From positions 246,576,001-246,640,000 of the forward strand of contig NC_086097.1 in assembly GCF_963921235.1 (NCBI RefSeq): a stretch of 64,000 nt of DNA, in the 5' to 3' direction. The notes beneath the pieces were generated by a model. That model saw only the letters and a list, made by a program, of their open reading frames with translations, did no database searches and had not been told where the DNA came from. The DNA is from Mobula hypostoma. Taxonomy: Eukaryota. Numbering within the stretch: the stretch's first letter is position 1; each line of letters begins with the position of its first letter. Below are positions 13,548 to 25,990 of the stretch, in pieces. The position numbers were made by a program, and so were the translations under genes.

Positions 13548-14062
13548 TCAGTTCTGATCACCTCACTACATGAAGGATGTGGAAAGCATAGAAAAGGTGC
13601 AGAGGAGATTTACAAGGATGTTGCCTGGGTTGGGGAGCATGCCTTATGAAAACAGGTTGAGTGAACTCGGCATTTTCTCCCTGGAGCGACGGAGGATGAG
13701 AGGTGACCTGATAGAGGTGTATAAGATGATGAGAGGCATTGATCGTGTGGATAGTCAAAGACTTTTTCTCAGGACTGAAACGGTTGCCACAAGAGGACAC
13801 AGGTTGAAGGTGCTGGGGAGTAGATACAGAGGAGATATCAAGGGTAAGTTTTTTACTCAGAGAGTGGTGAGTGCATGGAATGAGCTGCCGCAACGGTGGT
13901 GGAGGCGGATACGATAGGGTCTTTTGAGACTTTTCGATAGGCACATGGAGCTTAGTAAAATAGAGGGCTATAGGTAAGCCTAGTAATTTCTAAGGTAGGG
14001 ACGTGTTCGGCACAACTCTGTGGGCCGAAGGGCCTCTATTGTGCTGTAGGTTTTCTATTATT
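13548..14062 (+). mobile_element. CR1 subfamily B 3' end
   Basis: VQRRFTRMLPGL and RRMRGDLIE motifs, 3' UTR and tail as in the other B copies. Confidence 0.88.
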
Positions 14063-15014
14063 TCTGTGAGTGGATAGCCTGAAGGCTTTCTCCCAGGTTG
14101 AAAGCGGCTAATTCAAGGGGGCTAAATTTAAAGTGATTGGAGAAAATAGTAAGGAGAATGTGGGAGGGAGAGTGGTGGGTGCAGGGAGGGCACTGCCAGG
14201 GCTGCTGGTAGAGGCAGATACATTAGGGACATTAAAGAGAATTTTAGATGGGCACACAGATGAAAGAAACTTTGAGGGTTATGGAGGAGGGCAGGGTCAG
14301 AGTAAGGTTAAAAGGTCAGCACAACATTGTGGGTGCAAGGGCCTGCACTCTGTTCTAATCTTGGTGCTGCCTGAATTGAGTTTCTACCAAACACCCCACT
14401 TTCCCTCCACACTTGAAAGTTGCACCAGTAGGTTCGCTGGCTACTGTAAAATGATCCTTAGCGTAGAGATAACTGGTAAAAGAATATGGAAGTTCTTCAG
14501 GACAACTAGTTAGCATCTAATGGCTTTATTTAAACATACTTTGTTTCGAATTGAAAATGGATACAGAGCCTGCAGATATACTGTAATATGGAAATGAGAT
14601 TATGGGCTGTGGTGCGATCTAATCAACATTTAATTGTGTGTTTACACCACGATTGTACAGTGATGTGAGTAGGTTCCATCCCTTCTTTAATAGTCATAGT
14701 TATTGGGCGTTATAGCACAGAAACAGGCTCTTTGGCCCATCTAGTCTGTATCAAACTGCCAAGTCTCGTCGACCTGTATCTGGACCATAGCCCCTCATAC
14801 TCCTCTCATCCATGTACTCATCCAAATTTCTCTTAAATGTTGAAATCACAGTCTGGTATGGAGGCTCCAATGCACGGGACTACAAGATGCTACAGAGGGT
14901 CAAGACTCAGCCAGCTTCATCATGGGTACAACGATCAGCATTCCAATGAACAACATGACCAACGACGATGTCCTGCAGACTGTTCACAAAACTATTCCTT
15001 TTACTTCTTTCAAA

Positions 15015-15650
15015 TTAGATTATGAGGACACGCAGTCCTCTTTTATTGTCATTTAGTAACATATGCATGAAGAAATGATACAATGTTTTTCCAGAATGAT
15101 ATCACAGAAACACATGACAAACCGACTTAAAAACTGACAAAAACCACATAATTATAACATATAGTTACAACAGTGCAAAGCAATACCGTAATTTGATAAG
15201 AACAGACCATGGGCATGGTAAAAGTCTCAAAGTCTCTCGAAAGTCCCATCATCTCACGCAGACGGTGAACCTCCAGCGCCGCAAACTTGCCGATGCAGCA
15301 TCCTGGAAGCATCCGACCACAGTCCGACTCTGAGTCCGTCCGAAAACTCCAAGCCTCCGACCAGCTCTCTAACACCGAGCACCATCTCTGCCGAGCGGTT
15401 CGACCCCGGCCCCGACAACAGGCATAGGCAAAGCCAAGGATTTGGGGCCTTCCCCTCCGGAGATTCTCGATCATACAGCAGCAGCGACAGCAAAGCGGGC
15501 ATTTCAGAAGTTTCTCCAGATGTTCCTCCGTGCTTCTTCACGTCTGTCTCCATCAAATCAGGATTGTGCACGTCCCCTAGTTAACACATAATCGATATCA
15601 TTCGGAACGGCCGCGCACACTGCGTCGTGTCGCCATCATCTCCTCCCTCG
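15015..15650 (-). repeat. CpG-rich non-coding retroposon-like unit with a 3' stem-loop
   Basis: Minus strand begins near GATGGCG and ends AATAAAA-GAGGACTGCGTGTCCTC-ATAATCTA. No credible ORF. Confidence 0.5.
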
Positions 15651-16462
15651 TATAATGAATACGATTATACTACTAAACTGCGTGCAATTGTAACCTGAGA
15701 TTTGCGTTTTGATGGTGTGCTTTTGAGCCAATTCAGCAATCTGTTGCTTTCCTGTCTCTGAAGGAGTTCGGTGAGGTTGGGAGCAGAGTGGGTGGCCTGG
15801 AGACTCCATTGCTTCTCTCTGATGAAGGCAGCAAGCAAAGTTGAAGTCGACGAATACAAGAGCAGAGGACAGGCAGGTGCTTGGCACTGTCTGCCAGTGT
15901 TGACTGGTCTACCCCTTCCTCGCACTAGCTGCTCTCAAGGGAAAGTGCTGGAGTCACGGGAACCTCTGTCGCAAGGATTGATCTACAAGGCTCGTTGCTG
16001 TGGACTTGTTTCTGAGGGCTTTGAAGTTCAAGTTGCCAGATTGTAGTTATTGTTTTTCTGTTGGTTTTTTGAGCTGTTGGTCGAGGCGGTTGGTGCAGAC
16101 TAGGGCGCTTTGGTGAAAAGTTGCTCTGAGGCCTGCAGTTGTATAGTGGTGCTAAACTGAACTAAACTGAATACTCCTGGTGTACCCTCGCTTTTTGGTG
16201 TTTGCACAATTTGTTCTTCTTTTTTGCACATTGGTTGTTTGATGTTTTCTTGAGTGGGTTCCGTGGTGTTTCGTTGTCTCCTGGCTGTCTGCAGGAGGAT
16301 GAGTCTCCAAGTTGCATTTTGTATACTTACTTTGATAATAACTGTACTTTGAATTGTTGAACCCTCCCCATCATCAGGGACATCTTCCAGGGGCTGTGCC
16401 TTAAGAAGGTGGCATCCATCACTGAGGACTGTCACTGTAAGGGGCATGTCTGTTTCTCGTTA

Positions 16463-18016
16463 CAGGTTCCCCCCGCCATCCGAAGGTACAGCGTTCCTAT
16501 GAAATGGTTCGTAAGCCGGAATGTCGTAAAACAAAGAAGCATTTACCATTTATTTATATGGGAAAAATTTGTGAGCATTCGCAGACCCAAAAAATAACCT
16601 ACCAAATCATGCCAAATAACACATAAAACCTAAAAAAACAGTAACATATAGTAAAAGCAGGAATGATATGATAAATACACAGCCTATATAAAGTAGAAAT
16701 ACTTTTCTACAATCATGGCCGCACTGTTCTCTGTAGCGAAAATCTCATGCAAGCGCGCTCTCGGCAGAAACACGGCGCAAGCGCTCTCGGCAGAAACACT
16801 CTCTCCAGTAACCTTTAAGCTATGAAGCTGCCAAATCATACCAAATAACACATAAAAATGCACAGCCTATATAAGGTAGAAATAATGTATGTACAGTGTA
16901 GTATCACTTACCGGAATTGGGAAGACAGCGCAGAGCACACTGATGATGATGTGTTAAGCTGAGTCGTCGGAGGTTGGGCTGGTGCAGTGGTTCCCAACCT
17001 CTGGGCAGCGACCGATACCGATCTGCGAAGCATGTAGCGGTACAGCAGTAGCCGGGATATACCCAGCACATCTTTAAGAAAAAAGCCGAAATGAACGAGC
17101 TAATTAATTAGGTGCCAGGCGGCACCTAATTAATTAGCTTGTTTATTTTGGCTTTTTTTCTTAGTGTTGGGTGTGGCCTGGCTACCGCTGCATTCTCCAC
17201 AGCCCAGAGGGTGGGGTGGTGGGACACTGGGGTGTCATCTCATCGTCATCTGTTTCCATCAGGGCAGGCAGGTCATCTTCTTCTATGTCTGCCTGTCTCA
17301 ATGTCGAAGGTCGAGGTTCGTTGGCTTCTGTGGCTGATGAGCAAGGCTTGACAAACGACAGTATGCTTGACTGCTTAACTTCGCGCATTTTTTTATCATA
17401 CAGTTCTTTGTAAGCACTCAAACCATCCTGCAAATATGCCCTAAACCTACGTACCCTTTCAAAATTAAAGTTGTACTTTTCTGCAATCATTGTTGTCAAT
17501 TGCAGCGAAAATCTCACGCAGTTGCTTCACGTTCAGTTCCTGGATGACTTCACTTTTGGTCCGTTCGCTACTGCATTCGGTTTCCATTGTTATCCTTTCC
17601 TCTTCTAATTGCATAAGCTCTTCATCTATCAGTTCTTGGTCATGGGATGCCAAAACCTCTACAACATCATTTTCGTCAGCTTCCACAAGCCAAACTCACT
17701 TTGTCCTTACTTCATTCACCACAATCGAAATGCTTAATTATGTCTAGTTTTATGCTAAGTGTAACACCCTTATGAGCTCTTTTAGGGTTTTCCAATACCT
17801 TAAAACTCATCTTGCAAACAGATGCTCACAGGCACGTGTTTAAGCAATGCCAGCTAGAATGCAGTTCCGGGGGAGGAGCTTGGCTGCTTGGGGCGCGCAC
17901 TGCCTTTTTTCGTAACAGTGAAAACACCTTCTGTTAGAGAAAACAGGTAAATAATGTAGGTCTTTCGTAACAGCGAGATTTCATAAAGTGAACGTTTGAA
18001 AAGCGGGGGATACCTG
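16463..18016 (-). mobile_element. Tigger/pogo-like DNA transposon, deletion derivative
   Basis: TIRs CAGGTTCCCCCCGC / GCGGGGGATACCTG with TA on both sides. Transposase C-terminal remnant on minus (17182-17686). Inserted in a Rex1 3' fragment that resumes at 18019. Confidence 0.88.
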
Positions 18017-18190
18017 TATTACCATTGGAGAGAAGGCACAGGAGACTGAAGACCCACATGTAAAAATTCAGAAACAGTTTCTCTCTTCCACTGTCAGATT
18101 TCTGAACAGTCCATGGACTCATGAACACCACTCCTTAAAGTTAATATGCATGTACTCCCTGAACAGCATCCTTTTATTTGGCACCATTTG

Positions 18191-18690
18191 CACTCAGTGG
18201 CCACTTTATTAGGTACACCTATACCCATGCACATTAATGCGAATATGTAATCAGCTCAATGCATAAAAGCATGCAGACATGGTCAAGAAATTCAGTTGTT
18301 GTTCAGACCAAACTTCAGAATGGGGAAGAAATGTGATTTGAGTGACTTTCACCATGGAATAATTGTGGTGACCAGAAGGATGGTTTGAGTATCTCAGGAA
18401 CTGCTGATTATCTAGGATTTTCACACACAACAATCTCTAGAATTTACAGTGAATGGTGCAAAAATAACAAAAAAACATTCAGTGAGTGGCAGTTCTGTGG
18501 GTAAAAATGCCTTCCTTGTTAATGAGAGAGGACACAGGAGAATGGCCAGACTGGTTCAAGTTGACAGGAAGGTGACAATAACTTAAATAACCATGTGTTA
18601 CAACAGTGGTGTGCCAAAAAGCATCCTGAATGCACAATATGTCGAACCTTGAAGTGCATGGGCCATTGCAACATACAATTATTAGGTACA
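18191..18690 (+). mobile_element. Tc1-like non-autonomous element (transposase N-terminal HTH remnant)
   Basis: TIR CACTCAGTGGCCACTTTATTAGGTACAC and decayed MGKKCDLSDF..GLSIS..LGFSHTTISR coding. Confidence 0.8.
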
Positions 18691-19339
18691 GGAATCACAG
18701 GACAATTTACGAGGACCAATTAATCCACTTTTTCCTTCCCTGTGAATCAAAATAAAATTAAATGTACAAATGGCAACAATTTTTAAAGCAGCATCAGGGA
18801 TTGCTGGGTCTCTGCTTCCTCTAACTTGTTTCTGGGTTTACTTCAACTCTTCTTGAAACAAGAGACCAGGAATGGTAATTTGGCAAATATAGCTCCAAAT
18901 TTTAATACACAAAATAAAAATTCCTTGAGGAAGAAATGTATATGTTTCAATAATTTGTAAAAATAAAATTGAATAAAAAGGTTTGCTTTAAAACTTTTCC
19001 AAATGTCATGGACTTCAAAACTTAATGTCAATATCCACAGAGTCTGAGACTACTTGTGATAGAAGTGCTGGTTGCAATTAAACACAGGAAGGATATTGAA
19101 AACTTCCTAAAAGTATGATAACCACTACAGAAGAAATAAACGAAAAAACATAATTGAAACCATATCCAAAACCCACATCCTTATTGTTCACCAGTAGCAT
19201 TCAAAGGACATCGTTGAGCTGCAAAAAGCACAAGGGTCTTGACTTTTAAAACTTGAAATCGTCCAGCACTAATACATGAAATAACACATCTGTCTAAGGT
19301 TAAAAGTTTAAAGAGTGCTTACAACACTAAAGCAATTTT

Positions 19340-19820
19340 TCCTCATAGCTGAGGCTTTATAAGGCATTGGACAGACCACACTTGGAGTATTATGTGAGTA
19401 GTTTTGAGATCCTTATCTAAGAAAGGATGTACTGGCATTGGAGAGGGTCCATAGGAGGTTCGTGAGATGATCCTGGGGAAGAAAGAGTTAATGTATGAGG
19501 AGCATTTGATGGCTCTAGGCCTGTACTTGCTGGACTTTAGAAGAATGGTGGGCGGGGGGGGGGGCTCATTGAAATCTATCAAATATTGAAAGACCTACAG
19601 AGTGGACATAGAGAGAAGGTTTCCTACAGTGGTCACAGCCTCAGAAAGGACACCCTTTTAGAAAAGAGCTGAGAAGAAATTTCTTTTTCCTGAAGGTGAT
19701 AACTCTGTAGAATTCTTTGCCAAGTTATTAGGTATATTTAAAGCAAGGTTGACAGGTTCTTGATAAGTCAAGGAGTTAAAGGTTACGTGGAAAAGGGAGG
19801 AGAATGGGGTTGAGAGGGAC
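19340..19820 (+). mobile_element. Old CR1 3' fragment
   Basis: Decayed LYKAL.RPHLEY..YLRKDVLALE coding. Confidence 0.75.
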
Positions 19821-20059
19821 CTACATCTTAGGCTTTTAATGAAGTCTTGTATTTATATAACACCTTTCATGATTTCTGCAAACAAAGTATTTCTGGAAGG
19901 CTATCACCATTGAAGGACAGGAAACTGTGCCACTCATTGGCAAACAGTGAGGTTTCGAAATAGTGAGAGAAATGATTAGACGATCTACTGCCGTGATAAC
20001 AGCTGTGGAATTGGTTCAGAAATATTTTACAAACATTATGGAGAGATTAGAAAGGATAA

Positions 20060-20545
20060 ACTGACGGACCACTTCATCAAGCACCTCTGCTCCATTTGTC
20101 AAAAGCAGAACTTCCCAGTGGCCCAACATTTTAATTCCAATTCCCATTTCTATTCTGACATGTTGGTCCATGGTCTCCTCTTATGCCACGATGAGACCAC
20201 GCTCAGAGCGGAGGAGCAACACCTTATATTCCCTCTGCATAACCTCCAACCTGATGGCATGAATATCAATTCTTCCTTCCCTCTTCATCTATTCCCCACT
20301 CTGACCCCTTACTTCTTCTCACCTGCCCGGGTTCCCCTCCTCTTTCCCTTTCTCCTGTGGTCCACTCTCCTCTCCTACCAGATTCCTTCTTCTTCAGCCC
20401 TTTATCTTTCCAATCACCTTCTAGCTTCACCTATCACCTTCTAACTATCCTCTCCATTCCTCACCATAGATGCTGCCTGACCTGCTGAGTACCTCCAGCA
20501 TTTTGTGTGTGTTGCTCTGGATTTCCAGCATCTTCAGAATCTCCT
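20060..20545 (+). mobile_element. Old Penelope-derived fragment
   Basis: HFNS..EEQHLIF..LQPDGMN followed by the GATGCTGCCTGACCTGCTGAG terminal motif. Confidence 0.75.
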
Positions 20546-20709
20546 GTGGGTTCTTAGAGTACTAAAACAGGCTTTCAGTATTTTGTTTTCTGACTAATTA
20601 AGTCACTGATACAGCAGGGTTCCACAACAGAACACTTAATATTCACTTGAGAAAGCACGGTGTCATACAGCGCAGAAAGAGGTCTGCAGTCCACCGTATC
20701 AGTGCAACT

Positions 20710-21095
20710 ATAGAGTCATAGAAAATTACGGCACAGAAACAGGCTCTTCAACCCTTCTAGTTCATGCCAAACCGACTTGCCCCATCGACCTGCACCCAGA
20801 ACAAGCTATCCATACCCCTCCCATCCTTGTACCTATCCAAACTTCTCATAAACATTGAAATCGAGCTCACATGCACCATTTGTGCAGGCAGCTCATTCTA
20901 AATTCTCACAACTTTCTGAGTGATGAAGTCTCCCCTCATGTTTCCCTTGAACTTCTCACCTTTCACCCTTAACCCATGACCCCTAGCTAAGGTCCCATCC
21001 AATCGCAGTGGAAAAAGCCTGCTTGTATCTAACCTTTCAAAACCCCTCATAATTTTGTATACCTCTATCAAATCTTCCCTCAACCCTCTACGTTC
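20710..21095 (-). mobile_element. Old CR1 3' end
   Basis: DLIEVYKIMRG and F.TQ.VV remnants. Confidence 0.7.
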
Positions 21096-21225
21096 TTTTA
21101 CAAATCCCATTTCCCAGCATTTAGTCAGTAACCTTGGCAATTCAGTGTTCTTCCAGATGATTGTTATATATTGTGACAGTGTCTACACCATCTTCTCAGA
21201 CACTGTGTTCCACACTGCAGTCGTG

Positions 21226-21860
21226 GGCACCATGGTGTCATAGCAGTTAGTGCAACACTTTACAGTGACAGCAACCTGAGTTCAATTCCGCCATTGTTAG
21301 GTGCTGTACGTTCCACCTCATGCCGCATGGGTTTCCTCCGCGAGCTCCGGTTTCTTTCCACACTCCAAAGACGTACAGATTGGGGTTAGTGAGTTGTAGA
21401 CATGCTATACTTTATTTTACTTTACTTTATACTTTACACTTTATTGTCGCCAAACAATTGATACTAGAGCGTACAATCATCACAGCGATATTTGATTCTG
21501 TTCTTCGTGCTCCCTGGAGTACAAATCGATAGTAAATATTAAAAATTTAAATTATAAATCATAAATAGAAAATAGAAAAATGGAAAATAAGGTAGTGCAA
21601 AAAAACCGAGAGGCAGGTCTGGATATTTGGAGGGTACTGCCAAGATTTGGGTCAGGATCCGTTCAGCAGTCTTATCACAGTTGGAAAGAAGCTGTTCCCA
21701 AATCTGGCCGTACAAGTCTTCTCGTGCCATACTGGTGCCAGAAGCACAAAGGCACTTGCAGATTGCCCCCAGCACAATCCTTGCTGATTTGATTTGACAT
21801 AAACGATCCATTCCTCTGTATGTTTCATTGTTTTAATGTACAGATAACAAATAAAGCTAA
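21226..21860 (+). mobile_element. V-SINE (HE1-like) with a minus-strand Rex1 3' tail inserted at about 21407-21720
   Basis: tRNA-like head plus V-domain GGGTTTCCTCCG..GCTCCGGTTTC..CCACACTCCAAAGAC. The insert reads RFGNSFFPTVIRLLN on minus. Confidence 0.75.
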
Positions 21861-22089
21861 TATTTAACCACTCTGGATGAAAAGATCTTCCTTAGATCTC
21901 TCCTAAACCTCTTGTTGCTCATGTTAACCTCTACCCTCTGCTCTTCCATGGGGAAAAGTTTTCTTCCTATGCCTTTATTTTTATCTGTGCATTTCATTTT
22001 GTGTATCTCTATCAGGTTTCCCCTTCCCACCATCCAACCCCTGCCCCACAGCCTGCTCAGCACCAAGGAAAACAAAACCACGTATCTCA

Positions 22090-22355
22090 TCACTTTTGTC
22101 ACACATACATTGAAACATACAGTGAAATATCTCATTTGTGTCAAATCAAAGCAGTAATGATTGTGCTGGGCATCCCACAAGGGCTGCCACGCCTTCACTA
22201 ACCCTAAATATATGTCTTTGGACTGTGGGTGGAAACTGGAGCACCCGGAGGCAACCCATATGGTCAAAGAGAGAACATACAGGCAGCAGTGGAAATTGAA
22301 CCCCCATCTTACAGCTGGCACTGTAATACGATTGTGCTAACTGCTACACTATCAT
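22090..22355 (-). mobile_element. V-SINE
   Basis: Reverse V-domain TCTTTGGACTGTGGG.GGAAACTGGAGCACCCGGAGG. Confidence 0.75.
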
Positions 22356-22617
22356 GCTGACGCTTGAGTATGAATATAATATAATAACACAAAACAACAA
22401 GGATAGAACCAAACAATGGTTGCATCATGATCTGGTAGGGGAGTTCGAATGTGCAGGAATGTAAGAAACATCAGAGAATAGTGGATTCTACCCAATACAT
22501 CAAGGGCACATCCCTTCCCACCCACGGTCGCATCTCTGATGCTATGTGCCTGTGATGCCACTGCAAGGAAGTCTTATGTTACACTTACGCACATGACAAT
22601 AAACTCAACACTGATTT

Positions 22618-23170
22618 ACAAACAAGAGAAAATCTGCAGATGCTGGAAATCCAAGTAACAGACAGAAAATATTGGAGGAACTCAGCAGGCCAAGCAACAT
22701 CTATGGGAAGGAATTAACAGTTGACATTTCAGGCCGAAAGTTCAGAAATCGATGTTCATGCCATCAGGTTGGAGGCTACCTAGATGGAATATAAGGTCTT
22801 GCTCCTCCAACCTGAGTGTTGCCTCAGCACTTTCTTGCACTTCCAGTGATGCAACCCACTCCCACCACCACCATTCCCTATTATTCCCTCTGTCACCTTG
22901 TCTCCTTCCCTGCCCATCACCTCCCTCTGGTGCTCCTCCCCCTTCTCTTTTCTTCCATGGACTTCTATCCTCTCCTATCAGAATCCCCTTTCTCCAGCCC
23001 CGTATCTCTTTCACCAATCGACTTCCCAGCTCTTTGCTTCACCCCTCCCCCCTCTTGAATTCACCTATCCCCTACTATCTTGTATTTCTTCCTCCCCTTC
23101 CCCCACCTTCTTACTCTGACCTCATCTTTTTTTCTCCAATCCTAATGAAGGGTCTCGGCCCGAAATATAT
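22618..23170. mobile_element. Rearranged Penelope-derived pieces in opposite orientations
   Basis: Minus terminal repeat and GIY-YIG C-terminus (22618-22830), then plus-strand 3' region with a decayed hammerhead core. Confidence 0.7.
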
Positions 23171-23174
23171 CTCA

Positions 23175-23660
23175 ACCACATTTTCCTGCCTTTTCTCTGT
23201 AACCTTTGACCTCCCACAAAGCAAGTACCTCCGATTAAATAATCCAATGACTTGGCCTCCACAGCCATTGGTGGCAATGAATATCAGAACACCACAGATT
23301 CACCACCCTCTGAGAAATTTTTCCTCATCTGTGTTCTAAAGAGACGTCATTCTCTTCTGAGCCTCTGGTGCTAGATTCCCCAGTATACGAAACATCCTCT
23401 CCATGCCCACTCTATCTAGGCCTTTCAATATTCAATAGATTTCAATGAAATTCCCCTCATTCTTCTAAACTCCAGCGAGTGTAGGCCCAGAGGCATCAGA
23501 TTCTCCTTGTATGTTAAGCTTTTCATTCCAGGATTATTCTTGTTATCCTCCTCTAGGCCCTCTACAATGCCAGGATGTCCTTTCTTAGATAAGAGGCCAA
23601 AAACAGCTTACAATGCTCCAAGTGCGGTCTGACCAATACCTTATAAAGCCTCAGTATTAC
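23175..23660 (-). mobile_element. Old CR1 3' fragment
   Basis: Decayed LYKVLVRPHLE..YLRKDIL coding on minus. Confidence 0.7.
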
Positions 23661-23965
23661 ATCTTTCTGCATTGCATCGTCTGCTGCATTGCTCTGTTCG
23701 GCTTATTAGCGGGTCAATATCCTACCAACACCACCACAAATTTTCTTATCAGCTACTTAAGCACAAGAGATTCTGCAGATGCTGGAAATCCAGATTTGGC
23801 CAATATCATGCATTGAAGGGCCTGTATTGTTCTATGTTCCATGAATCTTGTTCCTTTAGGGGCAAGAGTTATAAGGATGCCAAGTCATCCAATTAGAAGG
23901 AAAGTTTACTGAGAGAACTGTAGATGTTGGTGAAGGAGGAGGTGAATGGACAAGTGTAGCACATA

Positions 23966-24456
23966 CAGTACTGTACAAAAGTCTTAGGCACATACATGGT
24001 ATATAGCTAGAGTGACTAAGACTTCTGCATGGTACTGTAGTAATTTATGTACATGCTGCATCCCCCAAAAAAAACCAAATTTCATGACATATGTGAGTGA
24101 TGATAAACCTGATTCTTATATGGGTCTCTGCTGTGGACTGAGAGTGGGAAGGGGGCAGGGAGAGGGGATTCATGGTTGGGAAAAGGGGAAGAGAGAGGGG
24201 AAGAAATGGAAAGCACCAGAGAGACATTCTGTAATAATCAATAAACCAATTGTTTGGAATCAAATGTCTCAGGGCTGTGTGTTTCTGTAGCTGTGCCACG
24301 CCTTCCCCGGCACTCCACCCTCCCCATTCCCAACATCCTTTGCTCCTGCCAGGTTTACAAACTCGCTCTTTGCCCCATGTTGACAAATACAGTACTGTGC
24401 AAAAGTCTTAGGCACCCTAGATATATACATGTACCCAAGACTTTTGCACAATACTA
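23966..24456. mobile_element. Two ~70-bp palindromic Tc1 mini-elements (23966-24037 and 24390-24456) flanking ~350 bp
   Basis: TIR CAGTACTGTGCAAAAGTCTTAGGCAC and its reverse, with TA flanks. Confidence 0.8.
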
Positions 24457-24539
24457 TAGCTGTGGTTGATTTGTTATCAGCTGAAAACTCGGCAGTCACA
24501 AGGCAGCCCTACCAACAGCAACGGCCAAACTGTCCCAGG

Positions 24540-25690
24540 CCTGTTGCACTCACATCCATCATCATGAACAGTTTCTAGAGGCTCGTCATGACGCACATCA
24601 AGACCCTGCTGCCCCCCTCACTGGACCCCCTGCAGTTCGCATACCATCCCAACCGTTCAACAGATGACGTCATTGCCATCACCCTCCACCTGGCCCTAAC
24701 CCACCTGGACAAAAAAGACACGTACGTTCGAATGCTGTTCATAGTTCAGCAGTCAACACAATCATTCCTCAGAAACTGATTGGAAAGCTGAGCCTACTGG
24801 GCCCGAACACCTCCCTCTGCAACTGGATCCTAGACTTCCTGACTGGGAGACCTCAGTCAGTCCAGATTGGAAGCAGCATCTCCAACACCATCAAACTGAG
24901 TACAGGGGCCCCCCAGGGCTGTGTGCTCAGTCCACTGCTGTTCACTCTGCTGACCCACGACTGTGCTGCAACACACAGCTCAAACCACATCATCAAGTTC
25001 GCCAAATACACGACCGTGGTGGGTCTCATCAGCAAGAACGATGAGTCAGCATACAGAGAGGAGGTGCAGCGGTTAACAGACTGATGCAGAGCCAACAACC
25101 TGTCTCTGAATGCAAACAAAAGAGATGGTTGTTGACTTCAGGAGAGCACGGAGCGACCACTCTCTGCTGAACATCGATGACTCCTCCATAGGGATCGTTA
25201 AGAGCACCAAATTTCTTGGTGTTCACCTGGCAGAGAATCTCACCTGGTCCCTAACACCAGTTCCATAGTAAAGAAAGCCCAGCAGCATCTCTACTTTCTG
25301 CGAAGGCTGAGAAAAGTCCATCTCCCACTTCCCATCCTCACCACATTCTACAGAGGTTGTATTGAGAGCATCCTGAACAGCTGCATCACTGCCTGGTTTG
25401 GAAATTGCACCATCTCAGATCACAAGACCCTGCAGGGGATAGTGAGGTCAGCTGAGAAGATCATCGGGGTCTCTCTTCCCACCATTACAGACATTTACAC
25501 CACACGCTGCATCCGCAAAGCAAACAGCATTATGAAGAACCCCATGCACCCCTCATACAAACTCTTCACCCTCCTGCCATCTGGCAAAAGGCACCGAAAC
25601 ATTCGGGCTCTCATGACCAGACTATGTAACAGTTTCTTCCCCCAAGCCATCAGACTCCTCCATACCCAGAGCCTGGACTGACACCAACCT
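24540..25690 (+). mobile_element. Rex1/Babar LINE RT-to-3' fragment
   Basis: [34 protein letters not shown] and LLPSGKR..NSFFPQAIRLL motifs. Confidence 0.88.
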
Positions 25691-25724
25691 ACTGCCCTCT
25701 ACAGGATGTATGAGCATCCAAGGA

Positions 25725-25990
25725 GAGGCAAGGTAGTGTCGCAGTTGGCATAATTGCTTTACAGTGCCAACAATCAGTGATCAGGGTTCAATTCCTGCCA
25801 CTGGAGGATTGTAAGGAGTTTGTTATGACCATGTGGGTTTCTTCCAGGTACTCTGGTTTCCTCCCACATTCCAAAGAAAGGTTAGGGTTAGTGGGAATGC
25901 TACACTGGCGCTGGAAGTGTGGCAATACTTGCAACCTGCCCCCAGTACAATCTGCATTGGTCGTTCACACAAAATGACATTATTTCACTG
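25725..25990 (+). mobile_element. V-SINE
   Basis: GGGTTCAATTCC B-box and V-domain. Confidence 0.7.

Noticed and set aside
23135..23170. Additional hammerhead
   Set aside because: The core is mutated (CTAATGA) and the cleavage site and stem I are lost.
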